Source: Blepharisma stoltei ATCC 30299
Lineage: Eukaryota > Protista > Ciliophora
NCBI GenBank assembly: GCA_965603825.1
Contig: CBFDEM010000011.1
Span: 186,001 to 250,000 of the forward strand
Direction of reading: 5' to 3'
Length of the DNA stretch: 64,000 nucleotides
A program made the translations under genes and the position numbers. This document shows positions 1 through 10,748 of this stretch, in pieces. The stretch's first letter is position 1, and each line of letters begins with the position of its first letter. The notes under the pieces are model-generated. The model searched no databases and was not told where the DNA came from. It saw only the letters and a program-made list of their open reading frames with translations.

Positions 1-1651
1 TCTCGGCTGCTTTTACTTCAAGGATAACTGATTTTGAAGGGTCGTTTATGAAGTAATCAGGCCTCTCGCCAGGTCCTGGGACTCATTTAGGCCAATATGG
101 AGGTGACTGTCGGAAAGGTTTCCATTGGTCTCTTAGTCTTCTTCTAAGTTCGCCTAGTTCAGGTATAGAATACCCTGTTCCAACTTTTGTGATAGGGACA
201 AATTTGCTTTTAAGTGGATCTTTTAAGTCGATTTTGCTTGGTGATGCCAGTAAAAATACAGTGATATGGTCAAATTCATCACCATCCCCAGTCCTATGAC
301 CACTTCCATAATAGCCTCCAACTATTAGAAAATCTAAAGAGTCACTTAGCCCATCAAAATAGTCACTTTTCATTTTTAGCCACAAAGAGCTTCTATCATC
401 AGGAATATAAGGAGAATCCACTCTTTTTATAATAAGCCCTTCTTCATTTCTTTCAATAGCTACATTAAATTGGTCAAAAACCATTTTCGAACCTTTTACT
501 TGTGAAAATTTCACTTTTTCAAGTCTTTTAGGGACATCAGTTAATGTCTTGTCTAAAATCTGCTTTCTGTCACTTAAAGGCTTTGGCATAAGATCATGCT
601 TTGTGCCATCTGCTGTTTCTATATATAAAATGTCAAAAACCATATAGCAAAGACATTTTCCTGGAGTGTTTTCATTAGCAACAGTTTTATTTTGTCCAAA
701 AGAGGCAGGAGCGTCAAGACCTAGATCCCAGACTATGAGCTCTCCGTCTAGAATGCAAGCATTAACTCCGTGGACATTTTCTAGAATTAATTCTCTTAGA
801 CTTCTCCCATACATCATTGTATAATCAACTGCATTTCTACTGAAAAATTTAATATTGCCATCAGAGCAATAATGGCATTGGATTCTTTCTCCATCAAATT
901 TTGTTTCAACATAAACTTCTTGGTTTATTAGTAATTTTTTTAGTTCCTGGAATGGCTTTCTCCCAGCAAGCATTGGTCTTATTGGCTGGCCCCATGTAAA
1001 AAGTTGAACTCCAAGCTCAATGTTTTTATCTTTTAATTTTGTAAAGACTTCTCTTAAATTGTTTGTATTATAATAAATTTCAAGCGCTTTATCATGAAAA
1101 GAACTTAAAAGCTTCTCGTGTGTCCCTAGTTTCATATCTTTCAGAATGATCTTCACAAGTCATTTCTGCTCAATAGCGCTCATTCTTCTAACTAACTCAG
1201 ATAAAATTTTTTTCTTTGCTGGCTTATCAAGCGCATTGGCCAGGTCGTCGAGATAAGCATTGATTTCTTCTACTGTAAGATTTTGAGAGTCTCCTACACG
1301 ATTTCTTATTATGAACTCTAAGACCTCCACAAATCCTCCAGCTGGACAGCCGGGTAATTGCTTTTTTGGGTCTTTGAAATGGATTAAAGCTTCTTTTTCT
1401 CGATTTGGGAGGCTGAGAAGCTCAGCGTAATATTTCGCTAAGGTGACTTCTTTAAGCCCGTATTGGCCTCTTTCCATATCAAAATTCGGAATCATTAGTC
1501 TGACAATTGGAAAGAAATTCGTGACTTTTGAGTGCTCAAAAAATTCTTTTAAAGCTTGAGTTTTTCTTTTCCCTTTGATGCCTGAAAGCTTTTCCATAAA
1601 ATCGCAAATACGGATAAAAGGAACGCTGCATTTGTTGTCTGCTTCCCCCAT
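1..1651 (-). CDS. LIG4: DNA ligase IV (5' part; runs off the window edge)
   Basis: ORFs 1160-1651 and 83-1156 join through TGA=Trp at 1160-1162 (IEQK-W-LVKIILKDMKLG). The frame continues through TGA at 83-85 (PK-W-VPGPGERPDYF...ILEVKAAE). Adenylation motif ETKFDGERIQ, plus LDGE, FDIL and EGLIIK. Confidence 0.93.
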
Positions 1652-2454
1652 TTTAATTATTTTAATACAGAAATGTACAGTATTGAATTTACTTTAAGTA
1701 GATTTTAAAATTGTAGGGTCAAAGAAGTTAAAAAATTTAATTTGCTAAGGAAAAGCATTGGAAAGCTAAACTTTTTGAAATTAATATTGATTATAAATTT
1801 TATTCAAAAATGTGATCCATGGCCAAAAAATAGCCTTATAGGGCTATTTTCAGAGAAAACCCATAATATAAGTTTTGCATGCAAAACGATAAGTGGTCGC
1901 ATTAATTTGGTTTTGAATTCTACAAGCCAAGTGGATTTTAACATATTAAGATTTGAAATTGCCAGGTCTTCGTGCATTTCTTCGTTTTGGCAATCTATAC
2001 CCCAAAGCGAAATTAACATTACATATATAAAATATCCGATTTATATATTTAGAAAAATAAATACGAATGCTAGATTTAATTTGCTTGCTCTCCCTCTCCC
2101 TCTCCGTAGCTACAAAATATTTTTATGAATAAAATAGAGATATAAACTATAATAATTAAAATTTCCAATAGTGGTTAGCATACATAATAAAATTTGATGC
2201 ACAAATAATCAGTTGAATTCATATTTTTTGATTCTTAAAGGATTCTGTTAGCGTACAAAATAAATGCTAAATTTTTATCTTAACGTATTTAACAAATCCT
2301 TAATACTCAGAAAATGGTAAAAAATTTTTACAATCCTATCTCAATATCAAATTTTTTATTATAGAGTAGTTTCTTTAGAAATCCAAAAAACCAGTGCTTT
2401 TAATGGACTGGTAGTTTTCATTGATGGACGCAGGAAAATGTCATAAATAATAAA

Positions 2455-3945
2455 ATGGGTACATGCACTTCTAAAGAAGACCAGGCCGCTACTAATAAGC
2501 CAGTTCACATCAGAGTTCCAGATTTTGACTATCTCAACCGTGCCAAAAAATTGATCTGTCACGTGACGCCAGAATCGGTCGAAAAGCACCAGTTTAAGTC
2601 AAAAATCAAAATCCGAGCTGACTCTACCGTTGGCTATCTTTCAAACGACAGAATGATGGTTGTTGGAGGCAGCGACAGTTCTGGATACTCTACAAACAAT
2701 GCTTGCATCATTGATAACAAAAATAAAAGCGCGACTATAATTGCTCGGCTTCCAATTTCTGCTAAGGAAGGAGCTCTATTGGAATATAATGAGTGGGTAT
2801 TTTATGTTGGAGCTGTCATAGAAGATGAAGAATCCATATTAGGAGTTTCTGGAGCTCCAGTTATGAGATATAATCTAAATGAAAATTACTGGGAAGTATT
2901 TATCCATGAAGAAAAAAAGAAAAAATCTAGGCACCATGAAGACGAGCCCAACCCCAATATAAAAGAATTCAGGCTCAAAGATTTATTGTATCCTGGGTGC
3001 TTTATTATTCACTCAAAAATCTATTTTGTTGGTGGACAAAGAATCAACTCAAAAGGGAAGCTTAGGTCAAGCAAAAAGATGTTTTCGCTAGACTGTAAAA
3101 ACCTTAAAGTGAAAAAAGAAGATATTAGATTGCCTATAAAAGTTATTAAGCCAGTTTGTGCATCAGGATCTGGGCATGCTATTATCGCAGGAGGAGAAAA
3201 TCCTAAAACTAAAAAACATAGCCAGTACTGCTATCTGTTTTCTCTTGATCCTCAGCCAGATTTCAAACTTATGGAAGTCATTGGCTTTTCACTCACAGAA
3301 GAATATCCAGCTATTTATATCCCAGGTAGAGGGCCAATATTTATTAACTACCCAGGAGCTGCGTTTAAAGACAAACACGCTGCTAATTGGCATCGTTTAG
3401 ATATCGCCAAAATTGCCAATGATGACGATAACCAAATCATTAGCCACCACAAATATACAGTAGAAAAAGCGACTTCAAGTGAAGACCCTCACGAAACTTA
3501 TATGAAAATGTCTGTAGAAGTCGAAAAATCAGAAAAAAAGCAGAAAAAAGTAGAAACAAAACAAATTGACACAAAAATCGAGGTCGGGAAAGAAAATGGT
3601 AAAAAAGGTGCATTGGAGGAGCCTGAAGCTGAAGCAGAGGTAAATGCTGGGAAAAAAGGTGGAAAAATGAAGGTCCAGTTTGAAGAAAACTCAGAGGTAA
3701 AGGTGAGCAAAAGGAAAAAGAAGATAGAGGTAGAAGTTGAACAAGAAATAATCGAAAATAATGAAGAAGAGGAAAGAGTGGAAAAGAAAAAAAAGAAGAG
3801 AAAGCATCATTCGAAAGGAAGCTCTGATGAAAATAATGCAGCAGTTGAAGTAGATGCTGAAATTCCAGGCCTAAAAGCAGGCAAAGCTCCTGTATTTAAA
3901 GCTGAGGTCAAGGTATCGAAGAAGAAAAAACATTCTGAAGACTAG
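2455..3945 (+). CDS. Kelch-like beta-propeller protein with K/E-rich tail; probable N-myristoylation (MGTCTS)
   Basis: Intact 496-aa ORF with repeated hydrophobic-GG motifs (MVVGG, YFVGG, IIAGG) and RYNLNENYW. Confidence 0.75.
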   Translation: MGTCTSKEDQAATNKPVHIRVPDFDYLNRAKKLICHVTPESVEKHQFKSKIKIRADSTVGYLSNDRMMVVGGSDSSGYSTNNACIIDNKNKSATIIARLPISAKEGALLEYNEWVFYVGAVIEDEESILGVSGAPVMRYNLNENYWEVFIHEEKKKKSRHHEDEPNPNIKEFRLKDLLYPGCFIIHSKIYFVGGQRINSKGKLRSSKKMFSLDCKNLKVKKEDIRLPIKVIKPVCASGSGHAIIAGGENPKTKKHSQYCYLFSLDPQPDFKLMEVIGFSLTEEYPAIYIPGRGPIFINYPGAAFKDKHAANWHRLDIAKIANDDDNQIISHHKYTVEKATSSEDPHETYMKMSVEVEKSEKKQKKVETKQIDTKIEVGKENGKKGALEEPEAEAEVNAGKKGGKMKVQFEENSEVKVSKRKKKIEVEVEQEIIENNEEEERVEKKKKKRKHHSKGSSDENNAAVEVDAEIPGLKAGKAPVFKAEVKVSKKKKHSED

Positions 3946-4074
3946 CTAAGAGCTAAATATTAAACAAATTTATATAAATTCTTGCAAGTCTCCTAAAATC
4001 GATTATTTTTGTATCATGGACAATTTCAATAAAATCTGTTAAATTAAATAAAACGTATTAATTATAAAACCAAG

Positions 4075-4710
4075 ATGAACCAAAATAATCCGTATTTTTT
4101 ATGTAGCGATTACGTATTTAAGCTTGTTATTATTGGCGACTCAGGAGTTGGAAAATCATGCCTTCTCATTCGATATGCCGAAAACACTTTTGCAGAGACT
4201 CACGTAGCTACAATTGGGGTCGATTTTTTGCTGAGAAATCTTTCAATTGATGGCGAATCAGTGAGGCTACAAATAGTATTTTTAACATAGTGAGATACAG
4301 CTGGCCAAGAACGCTTCCGAACAATAATAACAGGTTATTATAGGAATGCTGACGGAGTTATTTTTGTTTTTGATAAAACTAAAAGAGATAGTTTTGATCA
4401 TATTGAAGATTGGCTTAAAGAGGTAGAACGATACTCCAGCGCAAAAGTTGTGAAAGTTTTAGTAGGCAATAAAGCTGACCTGCAGCCTCATGCAGTTACA
4501 ACTGAAGAAGCCAAATTAAAAGCAGACCAATTAAATCTTGAATATATAGAAGCAAGCGCAAAGAGCGCATTTCAGGTCGATTTGATTTTTGACTCAGTTG
4601 CAAGAAAAATCATACAAAAAACTCATGAAGCAGGAATTGTGCCTTTGCCAGAGCCAAAAAACAAATTAAGCTCAAGTGCCTCAAAACAAACTCAAGGTTG
4701 TTGTTGGTAA
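4075..4710 (+). CDS. Rab GTPase (Rab1-like); one 15-nt intron, TGA=Trp
   Basis: GDSGVGKS and TIGVDF. Removing 4276-4290 gives LQI-W(TGA 4291-4293)-DTAGQERFR. Also NKAD, EASAK and C-terminal GCCW. Confidence 0.95.
4276..4290 (+). other. 15-nt spliceosomal intron GTATTTTTAACATAG
   Basis: Removal restores LQIWDTAGQE; A at intron position 10. Confidence 0.95.
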
Positions 4711-4756
4711 GACTAAGTTTAATATTAAATATGAAACTCATAAAGCTACTAATAAA

Positions 4757-6280
4757 ATGACTTCAGTAAAGAACGAAAGCAAAACCCTCTATAAAGAAAA
4801 AGAGCAGCGATCACGTACTTTAAGTAAAAAAAATAATTTGCCAGTAGTATCTCGCATAATTCAAACTAGGAAATTTAAATTCTTCGAAGAAGGAAAAAAC
4901 CCATCAAGTTCTGCGCCGAATTTTTTAGCTAAAAAAGAAAATAATTTTTTTGAAATTTCTAAGCCATTTGAAAGAAAAATTCAATTGCCATTGCTGAAAA
5001 GCACAAAAATCCAGAATAAAGGAAAGTTTGGCTCGATGTCGAAAACTGTTCCTTTTGGGGAACGGCTTTTTATAGCAGATAGTGATTACCCTGATGTAAT
5101 TTCATGTTTGAAATCAAGAGGATGAAGAGAATGCCAGGAATTGAATAAAGATAGATGCATTTTAAAATTTCTGAAAAATCCGAAACTCCCTGAATCTATT
5201 AAACCTAATCAAATTATTAACCATTTGTCAAGAATTGACGAGGTCTCCACAAAAGTAAAAATCTGCAGAAATTTGAAAAAATTCCCTATAAGCTATGATT
5301 TTTTTCCCGAATGTTATATTATTAGCCCAAAAGATTCAGCGGATGAGTTTATAGAGGCTTTTAAGAGAAACCAAGCAGAGTCTATATTAAAGCTTTATAA
5401 AGAAAACGAAAGCCAAGTAACTCATGATGATTTAATCAAATCGCTAAATATTATACAAAGAAAAATAGAAGAAAAACCAATAAAAAAAGGTATAGAAAAT
5501 TATAATAGCCTGGTAGAAAATTTTTTAAAAGTCCTGGAAAATGATAAACAGTATAAAATTAGAGGAACAAAAAACATATGAATTGTAAAACCAGGGTTTA
5601 AATCAAGAGGAAGAGATATAATGCTATATAGGTCACTTGAAGAAATTTTGGAGTACACTAAAAACAATTCTTGGGTTATCCAAAAATATATAGAAAACCC
5701 TCTGATTATAAACAAATATAAATTTGATATCCGCCAATGGGTATTGGTCACTTGTTTCTCTAATTTTGAAATATTTTTCTATAAGCAATGCTATTTGCGT
5801 TTTTCAGCTAAAGAATACGATTTATCTGAAATTAATGACCTATATATTCATTTAACAAATAACTCTATAGCAAAATATAGCCCTCTGTTTAGCCAGAATG
5901 AAAGTATGTGGCATATTGATCAATTTCGCCAATGACTAATAGAAAAAAATAATGATGATATATGAGATAAATCTATACTACCTAAAGTCAAAAACATTGT
6001 ATTAAATACAATTAAGTCAGCTAAAGAAAAAATTTCTGCGAAAAGAAATACTTTTGAGCTCCTTGGGTTTGATTTTATGATTGATTCGGATTTCAAGCCT
6101 TGGCTAATAGAAGTGAATACTAGTCCTGCCATGGATTATAGCACAGTAAGATATATTTAGAACATAACTAAAGAACTTGTCCAGCAAGTACTTCCAGACA
6201 CTCTAAAAGTGATACTTGATTATTCTTCTGACCCAACTGCATCAATTGGAGGCTTCGAAAAGTTATCACAAAGTTTATAA
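4757..6280 (+). CDS. Tubulin glycylase, TTLL3/TTLL8 family
   Basis: Joined through TGA at 5123, 5579, 5933 and 5963 and intron 6146-6160. Motifs NI-W-IVKPGFKSRGR, QKYIENPL, KFDIRQWVLVT, YLRFS, IHLTNNSI, FELLGFDFM, WLIEVNTSP. Confidence 0.9.
6146..6160 (+). other. 15-nt intron GTAAGATATATTTAG
   Basis: Contains an in-frame TAG; removal extends SPAMDYST into NITKELVQQVLPDTLKVILD. Confidence 0.88.
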
Positions 6281-6289
6281 TAAATTAAA

Positions 6290-7432
6290 TTAATAAGATT
6301 TCGAATATTTTTTTACCCAAATATAAAATGCTGAAATATTTGTAAGAAAAGGTATGACGTATACTAATAAGATGCTTGCCCAATGCTTTATTCTTCTTTC
6401 CCATATGGATTGATAGCAGAAATAAGGGGTATTTGGATGAGAGAAAAGGTCGCTGATTTTTAAGGAGTGATGCAACTGAATGCTGCCAAAGGAATCTCTG
6501 AGATCAATATTAATGCTATCATTTGATATTTCAATAGAGGCAAAACTTCTATCGTAAATTCTACTACCAATGTTGTATGTGAAGGGGTAACAGGCTTCAA
6601 GATATAAACTTGTGAGGAAGCCATATTGGGTATTAACAGAGTGAGTTAACCCACTTGAGACTATTTCATAGATAGGGTAGCTATAACAGTCAATTTTTAA
6701 AATTTCAGAATGATGAACGTCTCCAGTTACCAAAATAACTCCAGGTTTGCTATCAAGAATATCTAGCATTCTTTTTCTGCCTTTTTCGAACCACTTTTCA
6801 GTCACTGTAATTCTGTCTTCAACATTGATTTGCAGCCCATTCATAACTAAATATAAATCAGCTTTATCGTCAAGCTCATTTTTAAGCCACTCCCATTGTA
6901 TTTCTCCTAGGTTATCAGAATCTGGTCCTGGGGGATCTAAATAAGTCCTATCATCCAGCAAAATAACTTTTATTTTCTTCCCATTTTCAATAAAATCATA
7001 AGAATCATAAATTCCTTCTCTTTGGTATCTGATGCTGTTTTTAGGCTCATCAATAAAATCAAGAAAAAGTTCTTTAGACAAGCTTTTATAAGGATAGTAT
7101 TTATTTTCATTATTTTTTCCGTAATCGTGGTCATCTCATACACCTAATATCCTTATAGATTCTCGCAGCTCCTTGTAGCCTTCAGCATTTTTTAGAGTTG
7201 CATATTTCTTTTTTCATTCTTCTTCAGTTGCAGACCGGAAAACAAGTGGCAAAATCATTTGATCAGCATAAATTGCATCTCCAAGTCATATAAATGCGTC
7301 AGGATTAAGAGCCTTTATTGATTTTCAGATGTCTGGGTTTGATGCACCAAAAAGTCCTGCACATGAACCAACAGTTAATAGCAAAGCTGTTGCTTTATAG
7401 ATTGTAAAAATAAGCCAAAGTAGTAATGCCAT
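6290..7432 (-). CDS. PhoD-like alkaline phosphatase with signal peptide and C-terminal TM helix
   Basis: ATG at 7432. FI-W(TGA)-LGDAIYAD and GV-W(TGA 7136-7138)-DDHDYG, plus LLDDRT, LGEIQWEWL and TGDVH. Confidence 0.9.
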
Positions 7433-7845
7433 TTTAAGTTTGCAAAGATAAGATTTTCCAGTTGTTTAATAAATAATGTTTAATTAATTGAATTATTTAT
7501 CTTATTGATAGCAACGCAAGCTTTACATTTATGAATATATTTTTTAATTTCTATTAATAAGATAGATTTATATTATATATAATAAGCAAATAGTATTAGG
7601 GGTATCATATTTTTAGTTCAAAATTATTTAAACTACACTGGAGTAGTGTGGGAAACTTAATTAACTGTAAGAATTATCTTTTTAGTACGTCGTCTAAGAA
7701 TTTATTTTAATTATGCATTATTCAGCCTAATGTAACTTGGAACTCTTTAATTTTAACTGAAAAAGGAATTACATGATTATTTTAATCTGAGAGTTTATTA
7801 AATCATTACAAATAACCCGGTTGCAGAAATAAACTACAGAGAAAG

Positions 7846-8469
7846 ATGGCAGAGCTCTTCAAAGGCTACGAAAATGATTTCTCGAAATACATTGCAAGTG
7901 CCAACAAAAAGATAGCGCTACTCCCTTCAGCCCCAAAACCAGACGCAATCCTGGCAGAGGCTAGGCACGATATTCAAGATGCAGAGCATTGGCTCCGACA
8001 AATGGAAAGTGAAATTCTAACGATGCCAGCTCAGTTATCATCCCAATATCAGCCTCGTCTTAAAAGACATCAAGAAAATTTATTGCAACTTAAAAAATCC
8101 CTAAGCTCTGAACAAACTCGCAAGAACAAAGTTGATTTAATGGGGAAAACAGGCCCTGATTCAAGAGAAAAGCTTCTCAATTCAAATGAAATTCTCCAAG
8201 AAAGCGGCGACACACTTGAAAGAACTTACAGGCTCGGACTTGAAAGCGAACAAATAGCTAGCGACGCTCTTGGAAATTTAAAAGGCCAAAGAGTTCAAAT
8301 ACAGAAAATAAATGAAAAAGTGAATGATGTCGGAAGCAACGTGAACAAGGCTAATAGGGTTATTGGGTCTATGAATCGAAGAAGAATATGAATGAAAATT
8401 ATAATGCTCATAATTATTGTACTTTTGATGGTTGCGTGTGCGGTGGCTCTATACATCAAAGTTGGATAG
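7846..8469 (+). CDS. VTI1: Qb-SNARE, VTI1 family
   Basis: N-terminus ELFKGYENDF and a SNARE motif. The TM anchor appears only if TGA 8389-8391 is read as Trp (RRRI-W-MKIIMLIIIVLLMVACAVALYIKVG*). Confidence 0.9.
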
Positions 8470-8512
8470 CTTATAATTAACTTTATAATAAGTTTAACAT
8501 AAATATAAATAA

Positions 8513-9652
8513 TTACTCTCCGGAAGGGGGTTCAGCAGATGTTATTCGGCTGCCTATGAATTTTGGCCTTTTAACCTTTTTTAGGCAAGCTTTTCCAGGG
8601 TTTCCAGCTTTTCTTTTGATAGGAGGCTGCAAATCAAGTTCTTGCAAGGGCGCATCTTTTATTTCTTTGTCTTTCATCACCATATTCATAAGTTCAAACG
8701 TCCCTTTTAGCGACATAGAGCATACTGCCACATAAGTTAATTTCTGAGGATTAATTTTTTCTACAAAGGTTTGCATTTCATAGTAATTCGAATGCAAAGA
8801 ATAAGGAACTTTCTAAATGAATTTTACATAGAAATATTTTCCATCCTTGCTGTAATACTTATACCACCCAGATAGGAAAATCCCTATAGTTGAAGATCCT
8901 TCTTTATTCCTTGGGATGATATTTTTCATTTCTGCTTTTGATACTACGTGGATCCAGCCATCCTCTTCATTAGTGCTGAATAAGTCAGGCCTGACATTTA
9001 AAAGCTGGATTCTGTTGAACATTGATTGGTTAACTACAATTCGTGTATTGAAATGGAGTGAAAGGTCAATTAATAGATGCTCTCTTCCAAAATTCTCAAT
9101 AGCAAGCCATATGTCAGATTCTGGGTTTTCATCAATTGCATCAATTATCATTTGAGTGCATACTTCTCTTGGAGGGAAATTATATTCTGGGCTACAAAAT
9201 GTATTGTCCAGAAACAAATGATTTATGGTAATTGCCTGTCCTGAACTGTCAAGCAAAGCAGGGTGCTCAAGCATCGACGGAATATACCTAAAATCCCCAG
9301 TATGAAGAACAGTCCCCATTTCGCCTTGAAACAAAATCATAACAGCTCCTATACAGTGGTTTGCATCAATAAACGTCACATTGACTCCTTTGCTTTTTTG
9401 CGTGTTCAGAGGAACCCAATGCGTTTCTCCAATTTCTAATGCAAAAATATTTGGAATATCCGGGAATCTGTCATGCAGCATAAGTGCAGTTGGCGGGGAA
9501 CAATAAATAGGCCCACGATTTCAAGAAGGTGAAAGTCCTTGATAATGATCAGAATGCATATGCGTTAAAAAGAATACGTAGAAAGGATTTTCCAATTCTG
9601 CTGAGTGTTTAAACCCATCTACTACAATATTTGTATTTGGAATCAGTACCAT
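8513..9652 (-). CDS. DCLRE1B: SNM1B/Apollo-like metallo-beta-lactamase/beta-CASP nuclease
   Basis: MVLIPNTNIVVDGF...FFLTHMHSDHYQGLSPS-W(TGA)-NRGPIYCSP, then DANHCIGAVM, HTGDFR and LDNTF. Removing intron 8813-8827 restores KVPYSLHSNYYE. Confidence 0.88.
8813..8827 (-). other. 15-nt intron GTAAAATTCATTTAG
   Basis: Removal restores the beta-CASP motif VPYSxHS. Confidence 0.92.
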
Positions 9653-9710
9653 TTCTTTATATCTGGCAATATTAATTTTTAAATCAAAGGGTTCTTATAA
9701 GCCTAAATAA

Positions 9711-10067
9711 TTAAAGTTTTGGAGATTTAGGGAGAATGTCAGGAGTGAACTTGCTAGCCTTTGCCATGTTTCCTTTAATTTTCATCTTTCCTTGCATAAA
9801 AGCGACTTGTGGGTTGAGCTTGCCTTGTGCGACAGCAATTAAATCGTCATCGGTCATGGTGAAGGTGGCATCTGCGGTTCCAACTCTTCCTTTAGCGAAT
9901 GACCCTGATCCGTTCTTAAGATCAATTGTAAAAACAACTGGCTCAGCACCAGGTGCAGGGAGAATTTCAAAGTGATAGACTGCTCCAATCTTCTTGACAA
10001 GATCTGCGCCGTTTGTTTGGAGAATTGGTGCCATCTCGCTGAAAAGCTTTTCGGATTTAAGAGCCAT
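9711..10067 (-). CDS. Sterol carrier protein 2 (SCP2) domain protein, probably peroxisomal
   Basis: ADATFTMTDDD and LNPQVAFMQGKMKIKGNM; C-terminal PKL resembles a PTS1 variant. Confidence 0.92.
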   Translation of the reverse strand: MALKSEKLFSEMAPILQTNGADLVKKIGAVYHFEILPAPGAEPVVFTIDLKNGSGSFAKGRVGTADATFTMTDDDLIAVAQGKLNPQVAFMQGKMKIKGNMAKASKFTPDILPKSPKL

Positions 10068-10748
10068 AATTTTTTATCGCCATGTTTTTGTGTGATGACG
10101 GCACTAAGAACAAAATGAGACCTTTTTTGGGCTAATATTTTGATATTTGCTATTTCCTTAATTCAAGCAGGAATAATGCAATGTTTTTATCAGCAGATAA
10201 ATGTGATGAATCATTCACTTCTATTAATATAAGTGTAAAATGATTTTATCAATTATCCTAATAGAGAATTTATTGCTAGCCAATGCTTCATGGTGCTATT
10301 ATCAGCTTAAGAAATTCTTATACTCAATAAAGCTTGTTAAAACTGGACATAAAATGTGAACATTAAAAAATTGAAAATTTTTTAAAATTAATATTAACAT
10401 ATTAAATTTTGCAATGAAACGAAATTCATTCCTGAACAAAAGATAAATAAATATATTATTAAAAATTTCTTCTTAAAGCTAATTTTGTCTAAATTGTAAA
10501 TAAATCTTTAAGTTAAATATTATGAAAAATCCTCAGATATTTATAATCATAAATATTATTCTCATTTAACTATACAAAAGGCCGCATTTAATTAATCATA
10601 TAGAAATTCACTGTAAATATCAATAAAATGAAGAATTATAATTTGCATTTGCTGACCTAATTTAACTTATTTATATATATATCACAATATAAGCAAAACA
10701 TTAGCGTCTAAACTTTAAAGAATTATATTTGCATTACATAAAATCTAA

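Noticed and set aside
1742-2128. 128-aa plus-strand ORF and overlapping 71-aa minus-strand ORF
   Set aside because: Non-ATG starts, AT-rich I/F/L/K/N composition and no motif; probably spacer between divergent genes.
10088-10125. GTGATGA resembling a C/D snoRNA C box
   Set aside because: No matching CTGA D box or terminal stem at a suitable distance.
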